54,302 nucleotides of DNA from the IMG/VR virus record IMGVR_UViG_3300044724_008989, positions 1 to 54,302 of that record; one strand, 5' to 3'. Both the position numbers and the translations under genes were made by a program. Shown piece by piece: positions 15,933-25,585 of this stretch. Source of the stretch: a virus (taxonomy: Duplodnaviria; Caudoviricetes). Each line of letters opens with the position of its first letter. The stretch's first letter is position 1. The notes beneath the pieces were generated by a model. That model ran no database searches. It saw only the letters and a program-made list of their open reading frames with translations, and had not been told where the DNA came from.

Positions 15933-16976
15933 GTGAAAGTTAAACAAGAATTTTTTGGTTTTAATCCTATTATGTGGATGGGAGTTGTTGAAGACAACAA
16001 AGATCCATTGAAGCTAGGTAGGTTGAGAGTTCGTATCTTTGGATGGCACAATGGTTCCCCTAACGAAGTTGATGGTGAGCCTGGTGTTAAGACTGAAGAC
16101 TTGCCATGGGCTCAAGTGATGCAGCCTGTTAACAGTGGACCTAATAGTGGTGTTGGTGGTCCTGTTACCGGTATTGTTCAAGGCACTTGGGTGATGGGTA
16201 TGTTCTTAGATGGAGAGATTGCTCGTGAACCTATGGTGATGGGTTCTATTCCCGGTATCCCTACCGAACCTAATCCCAATATATCTACGGTAGATTTTGC
16301 TGGTAACTTTAGTGAACCCGTAGAAGGGTTCTATGATCCAGATGGCGTATATCCTTTACCTACTAGGATGGACGAACCTGATACTAATAGGCTTGCTCGT
16401 AACGATAATACAGCGATGGGTGATCCTAAAGACTATCCTCACCCACTAATTGATCGACGAAAGAATTCTGCTAGTGAGTATCAGAGCGCTCAAGGCTATG
16501 GTTTTGTTGAGCCATCGTTTGATAGCTGGAAGGACTTTAAGGCAAAGTATCCTGACAACAAGGTTTGGGAGACTAAGAGTGGCCATGTATTCGAGGTGGA
16601 TGATACTCCCAAGTTCGAACGTATTCACATTGCTCATAAGAACGGTAGCTATATTGAGATGGGTGGTGCTGCTGGTCCTGGCAACCGTATTGATAAGGTA
16701 GCTGGAGACTGGATGTTACTAGCAGCTGATGCTATGGTAATGAACAGCATCGGTCCGCTCAGTATAACAGCACAGCATACAAACATAATGAGTCAGACTG
16801 TTAATCTCAAGACGGCAGGTGGTGTTACTATAACAGGGCCACTAAAGGTTGTTGGTGGTGCTACTTTTGAAGGTGGAGGTGCATTTAAGTCAGGAGCTAC
16901 CGATACGTTTACTGCTGTGGGTGGTAGGGTCGTTACTGTAATGAACGGAATTATCACATCCGTCACTCCGGCATGA
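15933..16976 (+). CDS. gp5: baseplate central spike, without lysozyme domain
   Basis: WMGVVED.KDPLKLGRLRVRIFG.H, LPWA, GTWVMGMFLDG, ETKSGHVFEVDDTP..ERIH..H..GSY. Confidence 0.92.
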   Translation: MKVKQEFFGFNPIMWMGVVEDNKDPLKLGRLRVRIFGWHNGSPNEVDGEPGVKTEDLPWAQVMQPVNSGPNSGVGGPVTGIVQGTWVMGMFLDGEIAREPMVMGSIPGIPTEPNPNISTVDFAGNFSEPVEGFYDPDGVYPLPTRMDEPDTNRLARNDNTAMGDPKDYPHPLIDRRKNSASEYQSAQGYGFVEPSFDSWKDFKAKYPDNKVWETKSGHVFEVDDTPKFERIHIAHKNGSYIEMGGAAGPGNRIDKVAGDWMLLAADAMVMNSIGPLSITAQHTNIMSQTVNLKTAGGVTITGPLKVVGGATFEGGGAFKSGATDTFTAVGGRVVTVMNGIITSVTPA

Positions 16977-16985
16977 GGAATAATA

Positions 16986-19958
16986 ATGGCTATTGAAAAT
17001 AAATTATTAAAGATTGAAAGGGAGCTCCAAGAAGTCGTGCGTCTGTCCAACCTTGGGGCACAAACTCTCGTTAAGCTGGACCTCAACTATACGGACCTAA
17101 TCATACGAGACAACAAAGGTGTAGAGCAAGCAAGGTATGAGAATGCAACTCGAGAAGATAGAAAGCGCGCTAATGAAGAGGCTTCGTTTTTAGATGAGGA
17201 AGCGAACCCAGAAGGTGCGCCTCATACTATCGAAGCAAAGTCCGCCATCACTTTTAAAGAAGACGGTACGCTAGACTTAGGTGAGGCTGCCTTTGGGGTA
17301 GAATTCCCCACTGCTGAAATTGAAGCGATGATATACGACATCGAATACTACACGGACTGTGAAAACATTAAACAGATGATCGAGGATCAGAAGCAGATAC
17401 TGATCGATCAGATTGAATCAAAGGTGCCGGAGTTAGCAAACCTTTCTGAGATCAATGGCTTGATGAGCTTTCCGGGTAACCCGTTAAAGATTCTTAGCTG
17501 GGTTAGAAAGGTTGTTAGTAAGTTCTTTGGTCCATATACCCTTGCTATGATCGACCTTGCAATACAGTTGGCATTGTTTGCAAGTGCATTAGCAAGATTG
17601 GCCAGCGCTGTAGTCGTTGCGCAACAGAACTTGAAGCTATGCGCACAAGAGATAAAAGAGGATCTCGTTGATGACGTCCTAGAAAAAATTAACACGGAGA
17701 TAGCAGGCACGGTTGAAACAATCGATAATGTATTGGATAAGATCGATGAAGCACAGAATGAGATTGGAAAAATTACAGGAAAGCAGCCTAACTTCTTACC
17801 GTCTAGTTTAGCAGGGGGTGTATCTGGGCTGGTTCAAAACCTAACCGATGAAGCACGGGCAGATATATTGGCGCGAGGAAATAGCGCATCTGGAATTCCC
17901 GTGCAGGATAGAACACCGCAGCAGGTACAGGACGTAGCTAATCTTGAACGCCAGAGAAGGCAAGATGAAGTCACCCGCACAGAGCTAATATCTAAGATGG
18001 ACAATCACTTGGCCGGTGCTATTCCAGGATTGGATCTACCAGCTGCAAAGGCGTTGACGACGGGTGTGGTACCAAAACCAAGCTCGGTGTTAGCATTCAA
18101 TGCCGATATTAACGAGGTCGTTGCAACACCGTTTGATCAAGACCCTAAGGCCCAGGATGATTTAGACGCAGCTACTGAAGCAATGAATGAGGCACTTGGC
18201 TTACCACCACTTGGCTCTGCAGTACCTGGTAATGTTGAAGTGGTTATCGATGGTGCTACATTTACTTTCCAGAACGGCATGTTGGTTCAAGCAACAGGTA
18301 CTAACAGTGGTACCGGTACTGGCATTTCAACTAACAGTCAGACAAGCACATCTACCATGGCTGGGTTCGTTGGTGCAGAGTGGGACGGTACTGTACCAGC
18401 GCATGTTGAGCTGATAACAGGTCTAGACAGAGTGACTCCAGGCCCAGGCGGCCAGGGTCTCCCACATGGCGAAATGGGTCCATATGGAATTCCATCATTC
18501 TTGACCTATCCTACAATGAAGTGGTACATTCCAAATGACTTGAAAATAGTAAGTGGTAAATTTAGTGTGCGCAACGATCGTATATTTGGTAAAGGGAGTA
18601 TAGTTTTTGGACAGCCTGCTGCAGCATATGATCTGTGGCGGGGCACATTGGGTACACAAGTTGTCCGATTCATATTTTGGCTAAGTGCGACACCTGGCGG
18701 TACGCCATTGACTAATGCATATGGCACACCGATTGTCAAGGGAAGTGGTGCGTCAGGTGAAGCAATCGATTTTATACAGGGATATGATTTATCTTTAATA
18801 AGACAAGATGATCGCGCACAGGGTCAGGGTCAGCTTGGTATTTCGGGAGGTTTGAGAACTGGGGACGCTACCCTACGTGTAAAAACACCCTTCTACGCAA
18901 CTTCTTCGCAAGATGATAATAGCGTACTATTACCAATTGCAACTAAAACCTTCTTCTTCAATACAGCTCTTGTAAGCGATGCAGATGGAGCAACATATGT
19001 TGCGAATGGTACGATACCGGGATCATCCGATTTGGTGCAATGGGTACCAGACCCAGCACAGTTGAGCACTAATGATTACCAGCGATATGTCAGTCTAGCA
19101 TCGCAACAGCATAGAATTATAGCAGGTGGTTCGATCCCGACCAACGCCGCAAATATAACGCTGACTGATTATCTCGCGGAGACGTTTATCCGTTACAGCA
19201 CGAGCGCTAACACAATATACAACGGCACCGATATTACGATGGAGTCATTCATCGGTTCTACATGGAGTGGCAGCTATCCTAGTAACACGCAGCTTATTAC
19301 TGGGTGGCAATATACAGATGGTACCAGTGTAGGTGCAAACACTAACATCGGGTTCGTTAGTCCAACCCCATTATTTCGCAACAAGGCACGTAAATACCCT
19401 ATACCTACTAGTGGTAAGATATCGACCAGTGATTTTAGTGTTGGATGGGGCGGTGCTGATAGTACTGATTCAGACTTTGATTACACCTACTACTACGACC
19501 GTAATAACAGCTCTTTTGATATAACTTGGTCTGCCCCGGATGATAATTTATCGAGAGCGTGGTATGACCTAGACTTAATGCCTGTTGCATGGATGAGTGA
19601 TACACCGGGCGGTAGTCCTAAAACATTAGTAGACGGTAGTACCGGTAAGGTAATTAAGCTTGAGCGCGCAGGTGCTACGTATAAAGCACAGCAGCTACTA
19701 TCTACTACTGATTCGTTTGGCAGTGATAGAGCCACGTTACCGATCGTACAGAAAACATTCTTCTTAAACGTAGCGGTAGTATCAGCTAATACAGCAACTA
19801 GTCTAGTATCATCGGGCACCGCTCCTGTAGCTAACCAGTGTATATCATGGAGTGTTTCTGATCCTGCTATTGGATATACGGGTAGCGGCGATCAGCACCT
19901 AAAGATCGAGCTAAGCAATAGACCTACTGATCGTAGTGATAAAAAATTTGCAAAATAA
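16986..19958 (+). CDS. 990-aa putative spike-associated structural protein with duplicated C-terminal domain
   Basis: Helical N-half; two copies of W(L/M)S.TPGG.P...LPI..KTFF.N.A.VS; GAGG SD. Confidence 0.75.
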   Translation: MAIENKLLKIERELQEVVRLSNLGAQTLVKLDLNYTDLIIRDNKGVEQARYENATREDRKRANEEASFLDEEANPEGAPHTIEAKSAITFKEDGTLDLGEAAFGVEFPTAEIEAMIYDIEYYTDCENIKQMIEDQKQILIDQIESKVPELANLSEINGLMSFPGNPLKILSWVRKVVSKFFGPYTLAMIDLAIQLALFASALARLASAVVVAQQNLKLCAQEIKEDLVDDVLEKINTEIAGTVETIDNVLDKIDEAQNEIGKITGKQPNFLPSSLAGGVSGLVQNLTDEARADILARGNSASGIPVQDRTPQQVQDVANLERQRRQDEVTRTELISKMDNHLAGAIPGLDLPAAKALTTGVVPKPSSVLAFNADINEVVATPFDQDPKAQDDLDAATEAMNEALGLPPLGSAVPGNVEVVIDGATFTFQNGMLVQATGTNSGTGTGISTNSQTSTSTMAGFVGAEWDGTVPAHVELITGLDRVTPGPGGQGLPHGEMGPYGIPSFLTYPTMKWYIPNDLKIVSGKFSVRNDRIFGKGSIVFGQPAAAYDLWRGTLGTQVVRFIFWLSATPGGTPLTNAYGTPIVKGSGASGEAIDFIQGYDLSLIRQDDRAQGQGQLGISGGLRTGDATLRVKTPFYATSSQDDNSVLLPIATKTFFFNTALVSDADGATYVANGTIPGSSDLVQWVPDPAQLSTNDYQRYVSLASQQHRIIAGGSIPTNAANITLTDYLAETFIRYSTSANTIYNGTDITMESFIGSTWSGSYPSNTQLITGWQYTDGTSVGANTNIGFVSPTPLFRNKARKYPIPTSGKISTSDFSVGWGGADSTDSDFDYTYYYDRNNSSFDITWSAPDDNLSRAWYDLDLMPVAWMSDTPGGSPKTLVDGSTGKVIKLERAGATYKAQQLLSTTDSFGSDRATLPIVQKTFFLNVAVVSANTATSLVSSGTAPVANQCISWSVSDPAIGYTGSGDQHLKIELSNRPTDRSDKKFAK

Positions 19959-19973
19959 CCAAAGGAAAATAAA

Positions 19974-20150
19974 ATGAGCACTAAAGATATGTTGGACACT
20001 CACATTGCAACTCTAGCTAGCGAGTATGAAAAATTCGAAGGCGGTAATAAGGCAGCGGGTACTAGAGCGCGTAAAGCTCTCAGTGAGATTGCAAAGTTGT
20101 GTAAACTTTTACGTCTAGAGATACAAGCTGCTAAGAACAGCGATAAATAG
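19974..20150 (+). CDS. Hc1/histone H1-like small protein (58 aa)
   Basis: Manual translation MSTKDMLD...EKFEGGNKAAGTRARKALSEIAKLCKLLRLEIQAAKN; AAGGA SD; below the ORF-track length cutoff. Confidence 0.85.
   Translation: MSTKDMLDTHIATLASEYEKFEGGNKAAGTRARKALSEIAKLCKLLRLEIQAAKNSDK
20142..20149 (+). promoter_or_regulatory. late promoter for the gp25 operon
   Basis: GATAAATA 23 nt upstream of gp25. Confidence 0.6.
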
Positions 20151-20172
20151 AACAAGCTATTGAGGATATCAT

Positions 20173-20580
20173 ATGGCGTCATCACCTCTGCTCAAGGATG
20201 TTGTCTATTCGGATGTCAGTATTACGTTTACTCCGCATCCTGTTAATGGACGGCTACCAACGCTTTTTAATGCAGAGGCGGTAAAGCGTGCACTTAAAAA
20301 TTTGTTATTAACTAACTTTGGTGAGAAGTTATATGCACCTGAGTATGGAGGTAATATAAGGGCGCTACTTTTTGAGAACGTATACGATACAGCGTTTAAC
20401 ACAAAGTTACGTAAAAGAATAGAGGTTGCTATACGCAGTTACGAACCTAGGGTTCAAGTACACGATATATCTATTAATTTAAACAACGATGGTAACAGCT
20501 GCTTTATTGGTATTACTTTTAGTGTTGTCAATGAGCGCGACCAACAATCACTAACCCTATCGATAGAACGAGTACGGTAA
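20173..20580 (+). CDS. gp25: baseplate wedge subunit
   Basis: YSD..F.PHP, AVKRALKNLLLTN.GE, I..YEPRV, ERVR. Confidence 0.95.
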   Translation: MASSPLLKDVVYSDVSITFTPHPVNGRLPTLFNAEAVKRALKNLLLTNFGEKLYAPEYGGNIRALLFENVYDTAFNTKLRKRIEVAIRSYEPRVQVHDISINLNNDGNSCFIGITFSVVNERDQQSLTLSIERVR

Positions 20581-22427
20581 TGGCTAATACTTCTCCCATT
20601 GTAACTGACGTTGACTTTGATGCTATAAAAAGAAACCTGACTAACTTTTTGTCCGGACAAGCGCAATTCGAAGATTATGACTTTGCTAGTTCGGGTATGC
20701 AGGTGATTCTAGATCTACTTGCGTACAACACGTACCATAACTCAATCTATACTAACTTTGCTCACAATGAAATGTTTTTGGATAGCGCATTGGTGAGAGA
20801 CAATGTAGTTTCCCATGCAAAGTTACTTGGATATACACCGGTGTCTAGTAGAGGTGCAGAGGCTACTATTAACATCAATGTCACTCCTCTAGGCTCTCCT
20901 GCTTCAGTACTGATACCCGCGAATACTAGATTTACTACTACGATTGATGGTATCGTATTCTCGTTCAATAGTAAAACCAGCACCACCTTCAATAGAAGTG
21001 ATGCAGGGACGTATAGTGGCAATATTTTAATTCGTGAAGGAGACTATGCACAAGAGAGTTATGTAACTGGCCCTTCCACAAAGTACCTCCTTAATAACTT
21101 AGATGCAGATACCACTACTCTAAAGGTAGAGGTACAGGCTAGTGCATCCAACAACGCTATTACTAGCTATACACTCGCTGATAATCTAAAAAATATCACC
21201 GGGGATAGTACGGTATACTTTCTACAGGAAGAGAGAGGTGGTAAGTATGAGGTTTTATTTGGCGATGGCGTGTTTGGTAAGTCTCTGGTAAATGGTAATA
21301 TCGTACGTTTAAAGTATAATGTGTGTAACGGGTTTATTCCAAACGGTGCTTCATCGTTTGATGGGCCAACATCGCTAGCGGGTAACAGTTCTTTTACTAT
21401 TACAACAGTCAGTGCAGCCACAGGTGGTCAGTTTCAGGAAACAACCGAACAGATAAAATCTTCGGCGCCGAAGTTCTTTAACGTACAAGAGCGCGCGGTA
21501 ACTAAAAATGATTACCGTACTATACTTCATAACAATGCTGCAGACCTACAGACTATTAGTGTTTGGGGTGGTGAAGAAAATAAGCCTCCTGTATATGGAA
21601 AAGTTTATGTTGCTGCTAAACCTCACGGTGCTCTTACTTTGTCGGAACAGAGAAAGAGTGAGTTGAAGGATATACTTCGAGAACGCAATGTAGTAACGAT
21701 AGAGCCAGTATTTGTCGATCCGGAATATCTTTATGTGGTACCTGATATTAAAGTAAGATACGTTCCGACCGTTACTCAAAAAAGCGCGGGTACTATTTTG
21801 AATAATATCGATACAGTACTCGGTGCCTACAACAGCAGCGTGATTGGACAGTTCTCGAGATCGTTCTTTAAGTTTGCATTCCAACAAGCTATAAACTCAG
21901 TTGATAAAGCTATTATTAATATATCTGTTGGGTTGAATATGCAGCGAAGGTTTATTCCAGATACGTCGATTGTCCAAAAATACAAGGTGGCATTTAACAA
22001 TGCTATCTTTAATCCTCATGCTGGTCACAAGTATGCTGTTAGCTCGTCTTCGTTCTTGTTTAATGGACAAACATGCTACTTTGATGATGATGGTGCAGGT
22101 AAGCTAAGGATCTATAGAATTAATCAAGGTATGCGTGTTTACGAGAGCGAGGATGTTGGATCTGTTAATTATGTGTTAGGAGAGGTAGAAATTAATCCTA
22201 TTCAGTTTTCTACGTTTGCGGGAGACGCAATAAAGATTAATGCTATACCAAGCGAAGAATTTGTTAACGCTTTAAGGAACCAGATTATTTTATTAGCTGA
22301 TGCTTCTATTACAGTTATAGATCAGTTGTCAGGTAAGACTGAGGCAGTTTCTAGATCGATTTCATCTACCAACTACGCTACATCATCTTCGGACACTGGT
22401 GTAGTTGCAACGTCATCAACGTACTAA
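20580..22427 (+). CDS. gp6: baseplate wedge subunit
   Basis: DFDAIK.NL..FL, LDLLAYNT, FLDSA, VLFGDGVFGK, QERAVT..DY, VWGGE, YGKVY. Confidence 0.96.
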   Translation: MANTSPIVTDVDFDAIKRNLTNFLSGQAQFEDYDFASSGMQVILDLLAYNTYHNSIYTNFAHNEMFLDSALVRDNVVSHAKLLGYTPVSSRGAEATININVTPLGSPASVLIPANTRFTTTIDGIVFSFNSKTSTTFNRSDAGTYSGNILIREGDYAQESYVTGPSTKYLLNNLDADTTTLKVEVQASASNNAITSYTLADNLKNITGDSTVYFLQEERGGKYEVLFGDGVFGKSLVNGNIVRLKYNVCNGFIPNGASSFDGPTSLAGNSSFTITTVSAATGGQFQETTEQIKSSAPKFFNVQERAVTKNDYRTILHNNAADLQTISVWGGEENKPPVYGKVYVAAKPHGALTLSEQRKSELKDILRERNVVTIEPVFVDPEYLYVVPDIKVRYVPTVTQKSAGTILNNIDTVLGAYNSSVIGQFSRSFFKFAFQQAINSVDKAIINISVGLNMQRRFIPDTSIVQKYKVAFNNAIFNPHAGHKYAVSSSSFLFNGQTCYFDDDGAGKLRIYRINQGMRVYESEDVGSVNYVLGEVEINPIQFSTFAGDAIKINAIPSEEFVNALRNQIILLADASITVIDQLSGKTEAVSRSISSTNYATSSSDTGVVATSSTY

Positions 22428-24017
22428 ATGTCTACTAATAACAAAACATCGGTACTCATAGAATCTCAGCTGCCAGAGTATCTGGCTGAGGATGGACCCA
22501 ATTTAGTTGCGTTTCTCAAGGCGTACTATCAGTGGATGGAAACCAGTGGTCAGGTAACCGAAGTTTCTAAGAATATCTTTAACAGCAAAGATATTGACAC
22601 TACTAATCTCAGCAAGTACTATCTTCATTTTCGTAGTATGCTTCTTCAGGATTTTCCAGAAGAGATAAGAGCGGATAAGAGACTAGTTACTAAACGCATC
22701 ATTGATTTGTATCAAAGTAAGGGTACAGACCTCTCTTACAATCTTTTGTTTAGGATACTGTATGGCCAGGATGTACAACTTTTTAATCCAGGCGAATATA
22801 TTCTAAGAGCTTCTGATGGGCGGTGGACTAAGAGAACTAACATTCAGTTAGGTGCTCCTTTTAGTGGTAACATAGAGAACATTGTTGGTAAAGTTGTTAC
22901 TGGTCAAACGTCTGGTGCGAAAGGAACTGTAACAACCAGTGTCACAACATTTGAAATTGGGGTAGAAGTAAAGAAGCTAACAGTAAAAGATGTTACAGGA
23001 ACATTCCTAGATTTTGAGCAAGTGCTATCCGATGACAATATTGGTGGTTTTGTTGTAAGATTAAACGGTCCTCTTGGTGATATCAAATTCGGAACTGTTA
23101 CTGCTAGTGGAGGTAGTGGACATCAACTTGGAGATACTGTAAGATTTACTAGTAGCTCAGGTTCTGGTGCTAACGGTATAGTAATAAGCACCACCGATAC
23201 GCCTTCTCCCGGAACTATTACTAGAATCAGAGTTCAAAATCAAGGTAGCGATTACAACGCTAACCAGCCAGTTACAGTTTCTAACCTTTCTAGAACAGGG
23301 ACAACCAACGCATCTGGAGATCCAGTTGTTGTAGGTGCTGTTACAGAGAACGGAAGTTACATTGGTACCAAAGGGTTTTTGTCGTGGGATCAAAAATTAC
23401 ATGATAGCTATTACTATCAGGAATACAGCTACGTAATCAAGTCTCAGAAGGCTCTCAAAGTATACAGGGATATAGTTAGAGATGTACTTCATCCATCAGG
23501 TACTAGAATGTTTGGCCAGATGGATTTCAGTAATAACTTGGATGCAACAGGTCTTAGTGTAGAGTCTGTATTCTCAAGTAACCTGCTACGAGTTGTTTCT
23601 ATATCTCCAAACACTGTGTTTGGTCTCACTACGGTTCTTGCACCGGAAATTGATATTGCTGATGGAATAGGACCAGACACTACAATAGGTTCACCATCAG
23701 TGCTAGTGGTAGCCAATGGGTTTATCTATATTGCTAACAACAATATTATATCGTCCTACTTGTCAACTCAGATATCTCAATTGTTGAGTCAGCCGGTTAT
23801 TATAGGCACAGCAAAAGTTGTACAGGGCGATGGTGGATTCGACTTTACTACATTCTTGAATAGTGGTGCTACCGTTGAAATACAAGATATTATACCTGGT
23901 GGTACTGGCAACACGACCTATATAGTTAATACTGTATTCAGTAACACTACGTTTACTCTCAACACTGATTTTGTTGGATCTACTACATCCAATGCAATAT
24001 TCAGATACACCTCATAA
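22428..24017 (+). CDS. baseplate wedge initiator (gp7-like)
   Basis: QLPEY, FLKAYYQW, Y.SKGT..S..LLFRILY, LRASDGRW, LHDSYYYQEYSYVIKS, HPSG..MFG. Confidence 0.85.
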   Translation: MSTNNKTSVLIESQLPEYLAEDGPNLVAFLKAYYQWMETSGQVTEVSKNIFNSKDIDTTNLSKYYLHFRSMLLQDFPEEIRADKRLVTKRIIDLYQSKGTDLSYNLLFRILYGQDVQLFNPGEYILRASDGRWTKRTNIQLGAPFSGNIENIVGKVVTGQTSGAKGTVTTSVTTFEIGVEVKKLTVKDVTGTFLDFEQVLSDDNIGGFVVRLNGPLGDIKFGTVTASGGSGHQLGDTVRFTSSSGSGANGIVISTTDTPSPGTITRIRVQNQGSDYNANQPVTVSNLSRTGTTNASGDPVVVGAVTENGSYIGTKGFLSWDQKLHDSYYYQEYSYVIKSQKALKVYRDIVRDVLHPSGTRMFGQMDFSNNLDATGLSVESVFSSNLLRVVSISPNTVFGLTTVLAPEIDIADGIGPDTTIGSPSVLVVANGFIYIANNNIISSYLSTQISQLLSQPVIIGTAKVVQGDGGFDFTTFLNSGATVEIQDIIPGGTGNTTYIVNTVFSNTTFTLNTDFVGSTTSNAIFRYTS

Positions 24018-24034
24018 CGTGGGTAAGTTAAAAT

Positions 24035-25570
24035 ATGCCTGAATTATTAAGTAAAAAGTTTAATGTGCATACAGCACAACAGTTCAAGGAGGGTTTCGAT
24101 GAGTCAGATCCTTCCAACATGTATTTGTTTTATTCGCGTATTCAGCCGTGGGAAACCGAAACTAGTCCAGCTACGTTGACAGACACGTTGGTTACCGATC
24201 GTGAAACGTGGCGTGGGATGACAGCGCTTAAAAAAATATCTAACAACAACATTACACTTTCCGTAGATAAGAATGATTGGGTAGCCAATACTGTATATAC
24301 TGAGTACAGCGATCGTAACCCTAATTTGGCTGATAGTAATTTTTTTGTAATCACCAGTAACAACGAGGTATACAAGTGTTTGTTTAATGCTAATAGTGCT
24401 AAGAGTACTATTATTCCGACAGGTAGATCTACTTCTGTAATTACGACCAGTGATGGGTATAAATGGAAATTTATGTATGATGTCTCTGATGCAGATATGA
24501 ACCGGTTTGGAGGTTTAAATCATATTCCCGTAAAGACTCTTATAACTAATGATGGAAGTGCTCAGTTTCAAGTTCAGCAAGCAGCTGCTAATGGATCAGT
24601 ACCAATCTATGAAGTAACTAATGGTGGTTCTGGTTATCTAGAAAATAAAGGAACAATAGTAGGTGTAACAAATACTACGGCAATTACTATTGCGAATACG
24701 GCAAGTGGTACTGACAGCGTATATAATGGATCAGCTTTGTATATCTCTAGTGGTGCTGGAGCTGGCCAACAGAGTATTGTTACTGCGTACAATGCTTCTT
24801 CTAAATTACTTACAGTAAACACAGCTTTTGCAGTTTCACCTAACACTTCTTCAACTTACCACATTGGACCTAGGATAAATATAGTGGGTGATGGTAATGG
24901 TGCAGAGGCGTATGCTAATGTTGTGTCCGGAGCTGTTTCTAAAATTACAGCTATTAACGAAGGGAGTAGTTACTCAAGGGCTAGAGTAGTAATTTCAGCT
25001 AACCCATCATTTGGTGCTAATGCAGCAGCGGTTACATACCTGCCAGATGTTGGGGGCCATGGAGCTGATCCAGTAAATGAGTTGTTTGGAAAAAATGTTA
25101 CGCTTAATATTGAGGTAGAAGGAGCAGAAGGAGGTTTCTTCCCTGCCAATAATCAGTTTAGGGTTTATGGTATTATCAAAGACCCAACTGTGCTGAGTAC
25201 TGGGAGCGTAGCTACGGACCTGAGATACAATCAAACATTAAGATTGGGTGTTAGCTCTGTAAGTGGAACTTTTGCTGAAGACGAGTTTGTGTCTGGTGGA
25301 TCATCCGGTGCAAGGGGCAGAATAGTTTATTTTGCAAATAGCAACCTTGCTTCTACTGAGGGCACGTTGTTTTTAGCATATAGCTCTGGTTACTTTTCAA
25401 ACAGTGAAACTGTAACCGCAAACTCAACTGGAATTACAGCTACAGTTACATCGATTACTAGACCAGACCTTACTCCTTTTAGTGGAAGGATCCTATTTAC
25501 AGTTACACTACAACCCGTAGAGAGAGTAGACGCGCAAACAGAAAACTTCACGATTACTGCGAAGTTTTGA
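24035..25570 (+). CDS. gp8: baseplate wedge subunit
   Basis: VYKCLFN, DGYKWKFMY, GHGADPV.EL, SG.IL, QTE. Confidence 0.93.
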   Translation: MPELLSKKFNVHTAQQFKEGFDESDPSNMYLFYSRIQPWETETSPATLTDTLVTDRETWRGMTALKKISNNNITLSVDKNDWVANTVYTEYSDRNPNLADSNFFVITSNNEVYKCLFNANSAKSTIIPTGRSTSVITTSDGYKWKFMYDVSDADMNRFGGLNHIPVKTLITNDGSAQFQVQQAAANGSVPIYEVTNGGSGYLENKGTIVGVTNTTAITIANTASGTDSVYNGSALYISSGAGAGQQSIVTAYNASSKLLTVNTAFAVSPNTSSTYHIGPRINIVGDGNGAEAYANVVSGAVSKITAINEGSSYSRARVVISANPSFGANAAAVTYLPDVGGHGADPVNELFGKNVTLNIEVEGAEGGFFPANNQFRVYGIIKDPTVLSTGSVATDLRYNQTLRLGVSSVSGTFAEDEFVSGGSSGARGRIVYFANSNLASTEGTLFLAYSSGYFSNSETVTANSTGITATVTSITRPDLTPFSGRILFTVTLQPVERVDAQTENFTITAKF

Positions 25571-25585
25571 TAAAGAGAAACAAAC

